A stretch of 64,000 nt of DNA from Candidatus Iainarchaeum sp. (GTDB taxonomy: Archaea; Iainarchaeota; Iainarchaeia; Iainarchaeales; DTGL01): the NCBI GenBank assembly GCA_038895395.1, contig JAWANJ010000001.1, positions 298 to 64,297 of the forward strand, given 5' to 3'. How positions within the stretch are numbered: the stretch's first letter is position 1; every line of letters begins with the position of its first letter. The notes below the pieces were generated by a model. The model made no database searches. It was not told where the DNA came from and saw only the letters and a program-made list of their open reading frames with translations. Positions 40,588 to 50,364 of this stretch are shown here, piece by piece. Made by a program: the position numbers and the translations under genes.

Positions 40588-40678
40588 GGGGCTGTGGTGT
40601 AGTCTGGTCTAGCATACCAGCTTTGGGAAATTAAATTCAAAAAAGCTGGAGACCCGGGTTCAAATCCCAGCAGCCCCA
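40588..40678 (+). tRNA. tRNA-Pro (TGG) with a ~16-nt intron after position 37
   Basis: Acceptor GGGGCTG/CAGCCCC. Anticodon stem CCAGC/GCTGG flanks TTTGGG + aaattaaattcaaaaa + A. T arm CCGGG-TTCAAAT-CCCAG has one C·A mismatch. Confidence 0.7.
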
Positions 40679-40696
40679 ATAAATTGAGGTGAGTTT

Positions 40697-42187
40697 TTGA
40701 AGGATTTAATCACAGATGAAGAAATTAAAAAACTGGGGTTTGACGAATCTAAATTAAAAAAGCTAAGAGAAATTTTGGCAAAAGGCATAAACCCATATGC
40801 ATATAGCTTTAAAGAAACCACTAAAATAAAGGACATTCTAAAAAAATATGATAAAATAACTCATGAAAAAACAAAAGAAAAGCTGCGCGTAGCAGGCCGT
40901 TTGTATACTATCAGATATCACGGTAAAGCTATCTTTGCAGACATAAGAGATTCAGACGAAAAGATCCAATTGTACCTTAGAGAAGACGAAATTGGAAAAG
41001 ACAAATACTCTTTTTTCAGAAACTTTATAGATGTTGGAGACATAATTGGAGTTGAAGGTCATGTCTTTAGAACAAAGCTTGGTGAGATAACCATATGGGC
41101 CACAAGCTATGAGCTACTTGCAAAGTCTCTTATTGTCATGCCTGAAAAGTTTCATGGTTTGCAAGACATAGAACGACGATATAGAGAAAGATACCTGGAT
41201 CTTATCTGCAATCAAGAAACACGGGAAGTGTTTAAAATAAGAACAAAAATACTCTACCTGATGAGAAAATACTTGATTTCAAAAGGTTTTTTGGAAGTGG
41301 AAACTCCAATCCTCCAACCTTTGTATGGTGGTGCAAATGCAAAACCATTTGAAACGTACCATAATTTTCTCAAACAGAAGCTATACTTAAGGATTGCCCC
41401 GGAGCTTTATTTAAAGCGCCTTGTAGTTGGTGGTTTTGATAAAGTTTTTGAGATAGCAAAAAATTTTAGGAACGAAAGCATAGATACCCTGCATAATCCT
41501 GAATTTACAATGATCGAAATATATGAGGCCTATAAAGACTATGCTGACATGATAGAACTCACTGAAGATATGCTAAGCTATATTGTAAAAGAAACCATAG
41601 GTTCATACAAAGTAAAATTTTTTGAAAATGAGATAGATTTTAAACCAAAATGGAAAGTTGCCACGATGTGTGACTTGATTGAAAGTAACATTGGCATAGA
41701 CGTGACTGGCAAAGAGCTAGCTGAACTCAAAAAATTGGCAGAAAAAAAAGGCATTAGAGACGCTAAAAATTTAAATAACAGGGGTGAAATAATTGTTGCG
41801 CTTTTTGAAAACTTTGTAGAAGATACTTTGATTCAACCAACATTTGTAACTGAGTTTCCAGTAGAGGTATCACCGCTGGCTAAAGAGAGCAGAACTAAAA
41901 AAGGCTTTAGCGAAAGGTTTGAACTTTTTATAAATGGTTGGGAAATAGCAAACGGTTTTTCAGAACTAAACGATCCTATAAACCAAAAGGTAAGGTTTGA
42001 AGAGCAAATTGCTTCTAAAAAAGAAACTCCAAAAGTGCTGGATTATGACTACATCAAAGCATTGGGCTATGGTTTACCGCCAACTGGCGGCGTAGGCATA
42101 GGAATAGATCGCTTTACAATGTTGCTCACAAATAAAAATTCAATAAAAGAAGTAATTTTGTTCCCACACATGAGGCCATCGGAGTGA
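40697..42187 (+). CDS. lysS: lysyl-tRNA synthetase, class II
   Basis: N-terminal OB anticodon-binding domain and class-II catalytic core (FLEVETPILQPLYGGANAKPF, motif-3 region GLPPTGGVGIGIDR). Confidence 0.85.
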   Translation: MKDLITDEEIKKLGFDESKLKKLREILAKGINPYAYSFKETTKIKDILKKYDKITHEKTKEKLRVAGRLYTIRYHGKAIFADIRDSDEKIQLYLREDEIGKDKYSFFRNFIDVGDIIGVEGHVFRTKLGEITIWATSYELLAKSLIVMPEKFHGLQDIERRYRERYLDLICNQETREVFKIRTKILYLMRKYLISKGFLEVETPILQPLYGGANAKPFETYHNFLKQKLYLRIAPELYLKRLVVGGFDKVFEIAKNFRNESIDTLHNPEFTMIEIYEAYKDYADMIELTEDMLSYIVKETIGSYKVKFFENEIDFKPKWKVATMCDLIESNIGIDVTGKELAELKKLAEKKGIRDAKNLNNRGEIIVALFENFVEDTLIQPTFVTEFPVEVSPLAKESRTKKGFSERFELFINGWEIANGFSELNDPINQKVRFEEQIASKKETPKVLDYDYIKALGYGLPPTGGVGIGIDRFTMLLTNKNSIKEVILFPHMRPSE

Positions 42188-42189
42188 TG

Positions 42190-42198
42190 TTTAAAAAA
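42190..42198 (+). promoter_or_regulatory. TATA-like box (TTTAAAAAA) ~24-32 nt upstream of tRNA-Phe
   Basis: A/T box at the position expected for an archaeal promoter relative to the tRNA 5' end. Confidence 0.3.
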
Positions 42199-42221
42199 TC
42201 TATAAACAATTTCTATCTTAT

Positions 42222-42293
42222 GGGGCGGTAGCTCAGAGGGAGAGCACACGGCTGAAGACCGTGGTGTCGCGAGTTCGAGTCTCGCCCGCCCCA
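42222..42293 (+). tRNA. tRNA-Phe (GAA)
   Basis: GGGGCGG...CCGCCCC acceptor, anticodon arm CACGG-CTGAAGA-CCGTG, T arm GCGAG-TTCGAGT-CTCGC. Followed by a T6 run at 42300-42305. Confidence 0.9.
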
Positions 42294-42325
42294 ATAATAT
42301 TTTTTCAAACAGTAATAGGCTGGTT

Positions 42326-43060
42326 TTACACATTAGGCTCTTCAATTTTTTTGACTTCGATGCCCCTCTTTGTTATTTCCATTGGGTGTATGTACTCCGA
42401 ATGTTTAGATCCACGCATTTTAACAACTTGTATAGCCCTAGTTATTCCACCACCAACACCTATGTAATGAAGTAGTATAACCCCATCACATAGAAACTCT
42501 TCAATTCCATACTTGCTAAACTTTTTGTCATCAACTTCAACCTCAGATATTAAAACAGAAGTAGTCCCAGCTTTTCCCAACAAATAGCTTAACTTCAAAA
42601 GGCCACGCCTTATTTCATCTTCAGATCGCATGCTAAGACCTAAAGCCGCTACGGAGTCAATCACAATTCTTTTTGCGCCAAATCTTTTTATAGAAGCAAT
42701 GATTTCAAGTAACAGTTTGTCCAAATCTAAAGTGCTGCTTGGTAATGCAAATTCTTCTTCACTAGGAAATCCCAGCCTTGCAACAGTGCCATCTATGATT
42801 CTAATCATATTTTTGTTTTCAAGCTCTCTCAGATCCCAACCAAAACTTAAACAATCTTCACGAAGAAGGGACGGTCTCTCATCAAGCGTTACGTATATAC
42901 CTGGCTCATCATATAGCACAGCACCATTATAGATGAACTGCAAGCCAAAAGTAGTTTTTCCAGAGCCACAAGAACCACTTACTAATATTGTTCTACCTGT
43001 GGGAAAACCCCCCTCTATTAACTCGTCAAGACCATATATGCCAGTTTTGGTTCTTTTCAT
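42326..43060 (-). CDS. KaiC-like/RecA-superfamily ATPase (COG0467-type)
   Basis: GIYGLDELIEGGFPTGRTILVSGSCGSGKTTFGLQF (Walker A). Confidence 0.7.
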   Translation of the reverse strand: MKRTKTGIYGLDELIEGGFPTGRTILVSGSCGSGKTTFGLQFIYNGAVLYDEPGIYVTLDERPSLLREDCLSFGWDLRELENKNMIRIIDGTVARLGFPSEEEFALPSSTLDLDKLLLEIIASIKRFGAKRIVIDSVAALGLSMRSEDEIRRGLLKLSYLLGKAGTTSVLISEVEVDDKKFSKYGIEEFLCDGVILLHYIGVGGGITRAIQVVKMRGSKHSEYIHPMEITKRGIEVKKIEEPNV

Positions 43061-43123
43061 TAATATCACCAAAAAAATTATATGCATACAACAATATATA
43101 TTTTTACCCCTATAGACACAAAA

Positions 43124-44950
43124 TTAGACTCTTTTTACATAAATTATATTCTGTATTTTTTGTAGGTTTTCAATTATCTGCTCTAAATGTGTTCTATCTT
43201 TTATATACAAATCAAATAACCCTTTTACTATGTTCCCAGATTCAACCATAAGCTCACTTCTAACGATTTTCGCATCCATTTTTTTTAATTCTTCTAAAAG
43301 ATCCCTTAAAAGCACACCGCTTTCAAATGCCTTGATTTCAATTCTAATCACATATCGGTTCATTTCAAGTAAATGGGTTGCAATTAAAAATTTCTTTTTT
43401 TTAGGTAAACAGAAAAGCAATCTACAGTCAGTTCTGTGCACTGTTATTTTATCTCTCGAAGTTTTATACGCAACTACATCATCTCCAGGGAGGGGATTGC
43501 AGCACTTTGCAAAAATTATGTCACTTCTGTTGGCTTTATTTGGATTAAAAACCCTAAAACCTTTTGTACTTTCAAGTTCCTTCCTTATTGCAGACCTTGC
43601 TTTTGATGTTCTTGCAAAGTTTAACCAACTAGCTTTTACTGTTTTTTTTGTATCAACAAAAACACGGATTTTATCACCACTTTCTAAAACATAATTGGCT
43701 GGCCTCCTTACTCCATTTACATTTGCAAACTTAAACCTATTCCCTAAATCAGTATGAACAGCATATGCAAAATCTAAAACTGTTGCCTTTTTAGGTAAAG
43801 CAATAATATCGTGCTTTGGTGTTAGAACAAATATTGTGTTGTCAGTTAGTTTAAATTTAACATAGTTTAAGAGTCCCTTCATGTCTTTTTGCTGAAGTTC
43901 AAATAATTTTCTAGCAGCCAAAAGCGCCCCATCAAAATTAGTATATTGTTCACCTCTCTTATAACGCCAGTGAGCAGCAGCACCATACTCTGCTTCTCTG
44001 TGCATATGCACTGTCCTAATCTGTACTTCTACAGGTATGTTGGAAACTTTTGTCATAACATGTATTGACTGATAATTATTTTCCTTTGGCTTTTTAATGT
44101 AGTCATAGATTTTCCCATGTATCCCAAAATTTTGTTTTATAATGTTTAACACCTTATAGCAGTCTTCTACAGAATCGCACACCACCCTAACCCCGATGAT
44201 GTCTTTAATCTTATCGATCTCTAGATTTTCTTCAATGCTTTTTCTATAGATGCTGTAAACCCCTTTTACACGCCCCTGTACTAAGGCCTTTATTCCAAAC
44301 ATTGAGACTAACTTTTCAATATCACATTTTGCCTTCGCAAGTACTTTTTCCCCACAAACAATCTTTTCATAAATTAGCGCTTTTGTTTTTTTGTACTCTT
44401 TTGGCATAAGTATAGCCATACCCAAATCTTGTAATTCCTTACACATTTCAACTAGACCTAGTTTTTGACATATATTTGAGTAAACCTCAAGTGACAGTTT
44501 TGCTGCACGTAGTTCTCTTACGCTTGGTTTCTTTGAAGTTTTGTATATCTGACGCATTTCATCTAGGTGTGAAGCAAGCTCAACAATTATACTTCTTAAA
44601 TCCTTTGATATCGCAAGAAGTATGTTTGCCAAACCAACACTGTTTAAGTGCTCAATATTTCTTTCTTTGGCTTCGTAAATCTTGTTAACCTCCATCACAA
44701 TTTCCCTTACGTCTTCATCTACGGGTGCTAAGTTTATACAGTCCTTAAGTTCATGCAACAGTGCGGCAGAAATAGATTTTTGATCAAGACTCAAATCAAA
44801 AACAATTTTTGCAGTTCTTAGCTGATGCAAAAACCGTGTCCTTTTAGAGTTTTTCTTTGAAAACTCTAATACTTCAATAATTTTCGCAGCGTCTTTATCG
44901 AACTCTCTAAATAGCTCATCTTCTGTGAGATATAAACCACTGCCTTTCAC
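43124..44950 (-). CDS. long RelA/SpoT homologue (HD-like + (p)ppGpp synthetase + TGS + ACT domains)
   Basis: Synthetase motifs GRVKGVYSIYRKS...IGVRVVC...YQSIHVMT...RTVHMHREAEYGAAAHWRYK. TGS region VFVLTPKHDIIALPKKATVLDFAYAVHTDLG. N-terminal HD-like region with ALLHELKD (HD altered to HE). 608 aa. Confidence 0.85.
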   Translation of the reverse strand: MKGSGLYLTEDELFREFDKDAAKIIEVLEFSKKNSKRTRFLHQLRTAKIVFDLSLDQKSISAALLHELKDCINLAPVDEDVREIVMEVNKIYEAKERNIEHLNSVGLANILLAISKDLRSIIVELASHLDEMRQIYKTSKKPSVRELRAAKLSLEVYSNICQKLGLVEMCKELQDLGMAILMPKEYKKTKALIYEKIVCGEKVLAKAKCDIEKLVSMFGIKALVQGRVKGVYSIYRKSIEENLEIDKIKDIIGVRVVCDSVEDCYKVLNIIKQNFGIHGKIYDYIKKPKENNYQSIHVMTKVSNIPVEVQIRTVHMHREAEYGAAAHWRYKRGEQYTNFDGALLAARKLFELQQKDMKGLLNYVKFKLTDNTIFVLTPKHDIIALPKKATVLDFAYAVHTDLGNRFKFANVNGVRRPANYVLESGDKIRVFVDTKKTVKASWLNFARTSKARSAIRKELESTKGFRVFNPNKANRSDIIFAKCCNPLPGDDVVAYKTSRDKITVHRTDCRLLFCLPKKKKFLIATHLLEMNRYVIRIEIKAFESGVLLRDLLEELKKMDAKIVRSELMVESGNIVKGLFDLYIKDRTHLEQIIENLQKIQNIIYVKRV

Positions 44951-45071
44951 AAATGAATTTAATTAAATAAACAATAAAAAGCGATATTTGTATAAAACTC
45001 TTTTACAGATATTTTCTTCAAATGTGAGCTTACAGTATGCTTAAAAAATCATTTAAACAATATTTTATTGT

Positions 45072-45318
45072 GGGCTAGGCTGGGGAGCTAGCGGTTCCCT
45101 GTATCGGAAATCCGCTATATGCCGGGCCGAAGTTCTGGGGAAGGCTTTAGGCTAAAGGCAAAGCCATAGCATCACGTTGATGCTTTGACCCCATTGACTT
45201 CACTTTGTGGTGAACCCGCTAGGCCTGGAAGGGAGCAACGGTAGCCACACTGTGAGGTGCTATGGGAAATCAGAGCTGAGTGTTGCTATGGGGTTAACTT
45301 GTCTTTAGCCTATTGTCG
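45072..45318 (+). ncRNA. signal recognition particle RNA (7S/SRP RNA) candidate
   Basis: GC-rich structured 250-nt island in an otherwise AT-rich 385-bp intergenic gap. Contains the helix-8 signature AGGCCUGGAAGGGAGCAACGGUAGCC (compare AGGUCCGGAAGGAAGCAGCC). Also has a GNRA-capped hairpin and 5'/3' complementarity (UAGGCU...AGCCUA). Confidence 0.6.
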
Positions 45319-45336
45319 ACTTCAGAACGTGCCCAC

Positions 45337-46458
45337 TCATACTCTTTTTTTCAAACGTTCTTGTTTCCCTTTTTTTAAAGCTTCTTTAAAAAGCAAGTCA
45401 AGGCAATCCTCAAGTGCTGTTAAAAAATTCCAAGACTCAGAAAAAGCATTCAAAGAAATATTTCCGCAGGAGACTTTTGCTTTTACTGAATGTTTAACTC
45501 TCATACCTTGCTTTTTACAAGATTTAAAATGTATTGCTAAGCTAAACTCTCCTGGCAGTATCCTACTAAGCTTTTCATACATCATATTTATTTTTCTTAA
45601 AGCTCTTTCTTCATCTGGTTTTGTAAGCGGTGGCATATTTGAAAGCTGTATTTTAACTCCCTCTTTTCCCAAAGAAATTATTGCCCTTAACAAATCTTTT
45701 GTTGTAACAATTCCCTTTACCTTTTTATCATCCACCAGTAGTATGCTATCAGACTTTACTAATTCGCTTTTTGCATCAGCAACTTTTTGTGTAGGTCTAA
45801 AGCTTTTAGCTTCTTCGACAATGTCTCTAAGCCTAACTTTCAATATTTTTTTTGCTTCAGGTTCATGTCCAGTTAATGAAAAAAGACCACGTTTTGGATC
45901 CTCATGAATGAAGTACTTTTCTATTAGCCCTTCTAAAGTTATCACGCCAATGCAATTGTTTTCTCTATCAACTATTGGCACCTGCTTTATTTCATTTTTA
46001 CGCATAACTGACAAAACCTTCGCTAAATTATCATCTTCATTTAGTGTTATCGCCTCCGAGCTAAGTGCTTTCAGTTCTTTTCTAGCAAGATCTTCATCTT
46101 CTAGTGCCTTTGCCAAAATATCTTCAACTCGAACAAACCCGACTAGTGTACCACCCCTAAAAACAGGCAATATTCTCGCATTTGAGTGGTACATCAAACT
46201 TGCAATTTTTAATAGATCATCTTTTTCCGAGATACTCGGAACCTTGGTGTCAGCGATAGTTTTTACCTTCGCTTCAGAGTAAATCCTCTTTCTTTTAATG
46301 AGTTCTCTCTGAGTTAATATGCCAAAATAAGATCCATCTAAAAAAATAACCAAGTTTTTTTCTTTATTCTTCAGCATTAAACTAAATGCTTCAGAGATCT
46401 TAGATTCCCCACCTACTTGAATAATTTTAGAAGTAACCAAATCGGATGCTAAAACCAA
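45337..46458 (-). CDS. CBS-domain protein (tandem CBS pairs)
   Basis: 373 aa with four CBS-like repeats. Not checked by motif. Confidence 0.65.
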   Translation of the reverse strand: MVLASDLVTSKIIQVGGESKISEAFSLMLKNKEKNLVIFLDGSYFGILTQRELIKRKRIYSEAKVKTIADTKVPSISEKDDLLKIASLMYHSNARILPVFRGGTLVGFVRVEDILAKALEDEDLARKELKALSSEAITLNEDDNLAKVLSVMRKNEIKQVPIVDRENNCIGVITLEGLIEKYFIHEDPKRGLFSLTGHEPEAKKILKVRLRDIVEEAKSFRPTQKVADAKSELVKSDSILLVDDKKVKGIVTTKDLLRAIISLGKEGVKIQLSNMPPLTKPDEERALRKINMMYEKLSRILPGEFSLAIHFKSCKKQGMRVKHSVKAKVSCGNISLNAFSESWNFLTALEDCLDLLFKEALKKGKQERLKKRV

Positions 46459-46467
46459 AAAATCACC

Positions 46468-47145
46468 TCATTTGAAACCAGCAAGAAGATCAATAACTGC
46501 TGCTTTTTTGTCCTTAGCTTTCATAATACCTGAAGCCACAAATATGCCCTGACACCCAAGCTCTAATGCCTTTTTTACATCTGCTGTGTTCTTTATTCCA
46601 GCACCGGCTATTATTGGTATGCCACTCTTTTTACCAACTTGCAAAACCACATCGGTTATTAGCTCAGGTCTTGCTGTTGAAACTGATATGTCGCCGGATA
46701 TAAGCTCTGGAGGCTCAATTGCAATCAAATCTGGCTTTACCTCAAAGGTCACTATTTTTTTAGCTCTCTCTAGTGACTCAGCACAAGCCATAACAATTAG
46801 GCCTGCTTGCTTAGCTCTTTTTACAGCCTCGGATAAAAAATCGTCATTTTTTTTGTTTTCCGCATGGTTCAATATGGTTCCGATAGCTCCTGCCTCTTTA
46901 ACTGCTTCAGGCAATATGTGTCCCGTATACGCACCATAACTTATTGGATCTACGTGCTGAGCAAAAACAGGTAACTTGACCTTCTGTGCAATAAGCCTTA
47001 TATCGCAAGCTTGTACAACTAAAACAGTAGTTATGCCACTGCCCTTTGACGTTTGTTCAATAATCTTCGCTGTTTCAACTGCTTTAGATCCAGTGCCAGT
47101 TTCATATGTTTTAAAATTTACAAAAAGCGCTGGCAGTTTAAACAT
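46468..47145 (-). CDS. tpiA: triosephosphate isomerase, archaeal short type
   Basis: 225 aa. N-terminus LPALFVNFKTYE matches archaeal TIM. Confidence 0.8.
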   Translation of the reverse strand: MFKLPALFVNFKTYETGTGSKAVETAKIIEQTSKGSGITTVLVVQACDIRLIAQKVKLPVFAQHVDPISYGAYTGHILPEAVKEAGAIGTILNHAENKKNDDFLSEAVKRAKQAGLIVMACAESLERAKKIVTFEVKPDLIAIEPPELISGDISVSTARPELITDVVLQVGKKSGIPIIAGAGIKNTADVKKALELGCQGIFVASGIMKAKDKKAAVIDLLAGFK

Positions 47146-47215
47146 GTATCTAATTTAGGATATTAGTTTTAATAAAACTTTTGTTTGAAGTCTCATATTG
47201 TTTTTGCCACTGTCT

Positions 47216-48175
47216 TTATTCATCCACATCTTCTATTCCACGTTCGGTTATTTTATAAATAGCTTCACCATCCGGAAGGCTTGGCGAGTCAATAAGTCTT
47301 GCTATTCTCTTTTCACCCTTGCTTTGTCTTAAGTATAATCTTGTTTTTGATGCATGACCTACTATGTTTCCTCCAACAGGTGCTGTTGGGTCTCCAAAAA
47401 GTATGTCAGGTCTTTCCATTACTTGATTTGTAACCAGAACACAAAGGTTATGCATTTCAGCCATTTTTGCTAACTGGTGCATATGCTTATTCAATTTTTG
47501 TTGTCTTTCAGCTAACATGCCACGCCCAATATACTCTGCCCTGAAATGTGATGTTAATGAATCTACAATTACTAGCTTTACTCCCTCTTTTTTGACCAAA
47601 TCTTCCGCTTTTTCGGCAAGAAGTATCTGATGATCTGCATTGTAAGCCCTTGCAACAAATATGTTCTTTAGAACAGTTTTTGGGTCTAAGCCTCTTGCTT
47701 CTGCAATCTGAACTATACGTTCAGGTCTAAAACTAGACTCCGAATCAATATAAACAACCTTTCCACCCAACCCTCCTTTTTCTGGAGGTAATTGTACCAT
47801 AACACTTAATTGGAAACACCACTGAGTTTTACCTGATGCCATTTTTCCATAAACTTCTGTTATGCTCTGACTTTCAACACCACCACCTAAAAGAGCATCG
47901 AGTTCCTTGCTGCCTGTGCTTATGCGACCTATTTTTGCTCTTCTTTCATGAACCCTGTCAGCAGTTTCAAACCCCATACCAAGAGCTTCTCTAGCAGCAT
48001 TTATGGCCTTTTCAGCAGTCTTTTCTCCAAGCCCCGCTATTTCAGTAAGCTCAATAGGTGAAGCAATTGCTATGCTTTCTAATGTTTTGTAGTTCGCAGC
48101 GAAAAGCTTTTCAGCTGCTTGTGGCCCTATTCCTGGAAGATCAGTAATATCTTTGATTTTCTGTGATGAAGCCAT
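47216..48175 (-). CDS. radA: DNA repair and recombination protein RadA
   Basis: N-terminal HhH ([13 protein letters not shown]) plus RecA core with Walker A (GKMASGKTQ). 319 aa. Confidence 0.9.
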   Translation of the reverse strand: MASSQKIKDITDLPGIGPQAAEKLFAANYKTLESIAIASPIELTEIAGLGEKTAEKAINAAREALGMGFETADRVHERRAKIGRISTGSKELDALLGGGVESQSITEVYGKMASGKTQWCFQLSVMVQLPPEKGGLGGKVVYIDSESSFRPERIVQIAEARGLDPKTVLKNIFVARAYNADHQILLAEKAEDLVKKEGVKLVIVDSLTSHFRAEYIGRGMLAERQQKLNKHMHQLAKMAEMHNLCVLVTNQVMERPDILFGDPTAPVGGNIVGHASKTRLYLRQSKGEKRIARLIDSPSLPDGEAIYKITERGIEDVDE

Positions 48176-48241
48176 AAAATAACACCTGCTTCAAATATTT
48201 CATTATGTAATTATTACACCAAATATCTTTTTAAGTGGTTT

Positions 48242-49630
48242 TCAAGAGGTGGCTTCCGATAAAAGAGCAAATCTTCTTTCAATCTCCTCTTTTATTTTTA
48301 AAGGCAAGATGTCATCGGCAACCAACTCGTACTCTTCGTTGTCTCCTAGCTTTCTACGCGCACTTCCACGTACTAAAATAAAGGCACCGAGAAACCTTTG
48401 CCTTAATTTTTCAGTTAATGCTTCAGCACCCTCTTTGTCAATCCCATCAAAAATTTCACTAGCGCTAAGGCCTAGCAAGTTTTCAGCATTTCTTCCAAAA
48501 AAGATGCAATCAAGTGAGCCACTACCATCATCAAGTCTGACAGAAATTAACAATCTCTTTCTTGTTTTAGTGCCACATATCTCGCAAGTGTCTCCAGACG
48601 CTTTGCTTTTACAGCTTGGGCAAAACATATAAAAAAACCTCCCACGTGCAATATCTACTATTTCGGCAAAGATTTCAAAATAACCCTCTTTATTTATATT
48701 GCTAATTTTAGTTTTCTCATAACTCTTACCACCAACTAATTCTATGCTTGGGAGTTCAAAGTCACAATTGGGTTCTTCGATAATTCTTGCTTTTGAGCCA
48801 AGATGAATCTCCAACCCATTTGTACCCTCTTTTACATCGGCACCTTCTACCTTTATAAGCTCCCCCGCATATAATCTTTTAGCCTTAAATGCCAAGTTGC
48901 GCCAGGCTACCGCCTTAAATTTAGCTGTTCCATCCCACACTTCAAAATGTATTGTAGTAGCTTTTTTACCATCACGTTCAAATTCGATAGGGTCAAAAAC
49001 CCTCACCACACGAGAAAAAAAATCTAAATTTTTGATTGGTTTTTTTATTTCTGAAAGTTTGACAGTTTGCAGACTTACTTCTGGTAAACCACTAACATCA
49101 ATGCTTGGATCAGCACGCCTTATTTTCCCATTTGAATGAAGCGAAAGAGAAAGAGAACCATTGAACTCAGTTACATAGCAACCATCAGCAACAATTGCGT
49201 CACCTTTGCATATGTTGTTGGATTCAATCATTCCTATTTTTTTGTCCCAAAGAGTGAGGGTTGTTTCCCCAGTAGAGTCAGCAATCAAAATCTTGCAGTA
49301 ATTTCCCTTTCTATCCCCCTTCTGGAAAATCCTTGCCTCGCTTATTCCTGTAACCCTGGCTAAAACACATATGTTTTTCATCCCATTCTTTAGTTCACCA
49401 ATTTTTACAAATCTGCCTTTTTGTGGTTCTAGTTCAATGTCCAAGCCAAGCTCTTTTGCAACCATGAACGCAGCACCCTCTTCTGTAAGTAGCCCAGCAA
49501 ATCTATCTATCTTGTCGCTTATCATTCCCCTGACTTCGTTTTCACTTTTACCTGTTGCATTTACTATCTTTTCTACAATCTTTTTGTAATCCAAAAGTTT
49601 TGTCATAAAATAAGTTTTGCTAGAAACCAT
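48242..49630 (-). CDS. rpa: replication protein A (multi-OB-fold ssDNA-binding protein with Zn ribbon)
   Basis: Repeated OB-fold modules and a C4 ribbon CPSCKSKASGDTCEICG. Confidence 0.75.
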   Translation of the reverse strand: MVSSKTYFMTKLLDYKKIVEKIVNATGKSENEVRGMISDKIDRFAGLLTEEGAAFMVAKELGLDIELEPQKGRFVKIGELKNGMKNICVLARVTGISEARIFQKGDRKGNYCKILIADSTGETTLTLWDKKIGMIESNNICKGDAIVADGCYVTEFNGSLSLSLHSNGKIRRADPSIDVSGLPEVSLQTVKLSEIKKPIKNLDFFSRVVRVFDPIEFERDGKKATTIHFEVWDGTAKFKAVAWRNLAFKAKRLYAGELIKVEGADVKEGTNGLEIHLGSKARIIEEPNCDFELPSIELVGGKSYEKTKISNINKEGYFEIFAEIVDIARGRFFYMFCPSCKSKASGDTCEICGTKTRKRLLISVRLDDGSGSLDCIFFGRNAENLLGLSASEIFDGIDKEGAEALTEKLRQRFLGAFILVRGSARRKLGDNEEYELVADDILPLKIKEEIERRFALLSEATS

Positions 49631-50354
49631 TTTTATTTTGATGCCGAATTTAGTTTACGTAAAGAATAAAAACAATAAACAGTATCTCTTAAATATGCTT
49701 GAAAAACTCTCCAAAAATCTTTTCGTGTTTTATTCTCCAAACATAGGCAGTAATGTTTATGTTTTGTGCGGCAAGCAAGTGGCTTTAATTGACACAAGTA
49801 TAGGCGCCAATGAAAAACTGCTTTTAGATTCTTTAATGGATATAAAAATTGATCCAAAAGAGGTATCTCTTATATTATTCACTCATGTACACATAGATCA
49901 CATTGGTTGCACCCATCTCTTCAAAAATGCTGAAAAAAGGATGCACAAAGCAGATGCTGAAGCCATAGAGCTTCAAGATTCTCATTACACTCTTGGAAAT
50001 GTAACTGGTCAAATAAACTTTTTTGAAATAAACAACTATCTTAAGGATGGTGAAATAATAAAGTTAGAACCATTTTCCCTTTTAGTTATTCACACCCCCG
50101 GTCATACAAAAGGTTCAGTCTGCTTCTATGATCAGCACAACAAATTGCTTTTCTCTGGTGACACTTTGTTTGCAGGCGCTTGTGGAAGAACCGATCTTCC
50201 AGGCGGTGATGAAAAAAAGTTAATAAACTCAATATCAAAACTTCAAGAGTTGGATTTTAAGTTGCTTTTGCCTGGTCATGGCAAAATACTCGATGAAAAC
50301 CAAAAAGAGAATATTAGCTTTATATTAAAAACTCTTAAGAGCAGATATTTATGA
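49617..50354 (+). CDS. metallo-beta-lactamase-fold hydrolase
   Basis: THVHIDHIG, HTPGHTKGS and LPGHG metal-binding motifs. Confidence 0.7.
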   Translation: MLETIFILMPNLVYVKNKNNKQYLLNMLEKLSKNLFVFYSPNIGSNVYVLCGKQVALIDTSIGANEKLLLDSLMDIKIDPKEVSLILFTHVHIDHIGCTHLFKNAEKRMHKADAEAIELQDSHYTLGNVTGQINFFEINNYLKDGEIIKLEPFSLLVIHTPGHTKGSVCFYDQHNKLLFSGDTLFAGACGRTDLPGGDEKKLINSISKLQELDFKLLLPGHGKILDENQKENISFILKTLKSRYL

Positions 50355-50364
50355 GTGGTGTTAT

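Noticed and set aside
42067-42345. 92-aa minus-strand ORF overlapping tRNA-Phe
   Set aside because: Covers the tRNA gene and the lysS 3' end on the opposite strand. It is an artefact of the GC-rich tRNA sequence.
45072-45318. Alternative call of the structured RNA as RNase P RNA
   Set aside because: Length (~250 nt) is short for archaeal RNase P RNA and the P4 motifs are absent. The GGAAGGGAGCAACGG helix-8 motif points to SRP RNA instead.
45257-45907. 216-aa + strand ORF spanning the GC-rich island and the CBS gene
   Set aside because: 5' part overlaps the structured SRP-RNA-like region. The rest is antisense to the CBS-domain gene. Translation is low-complexity.
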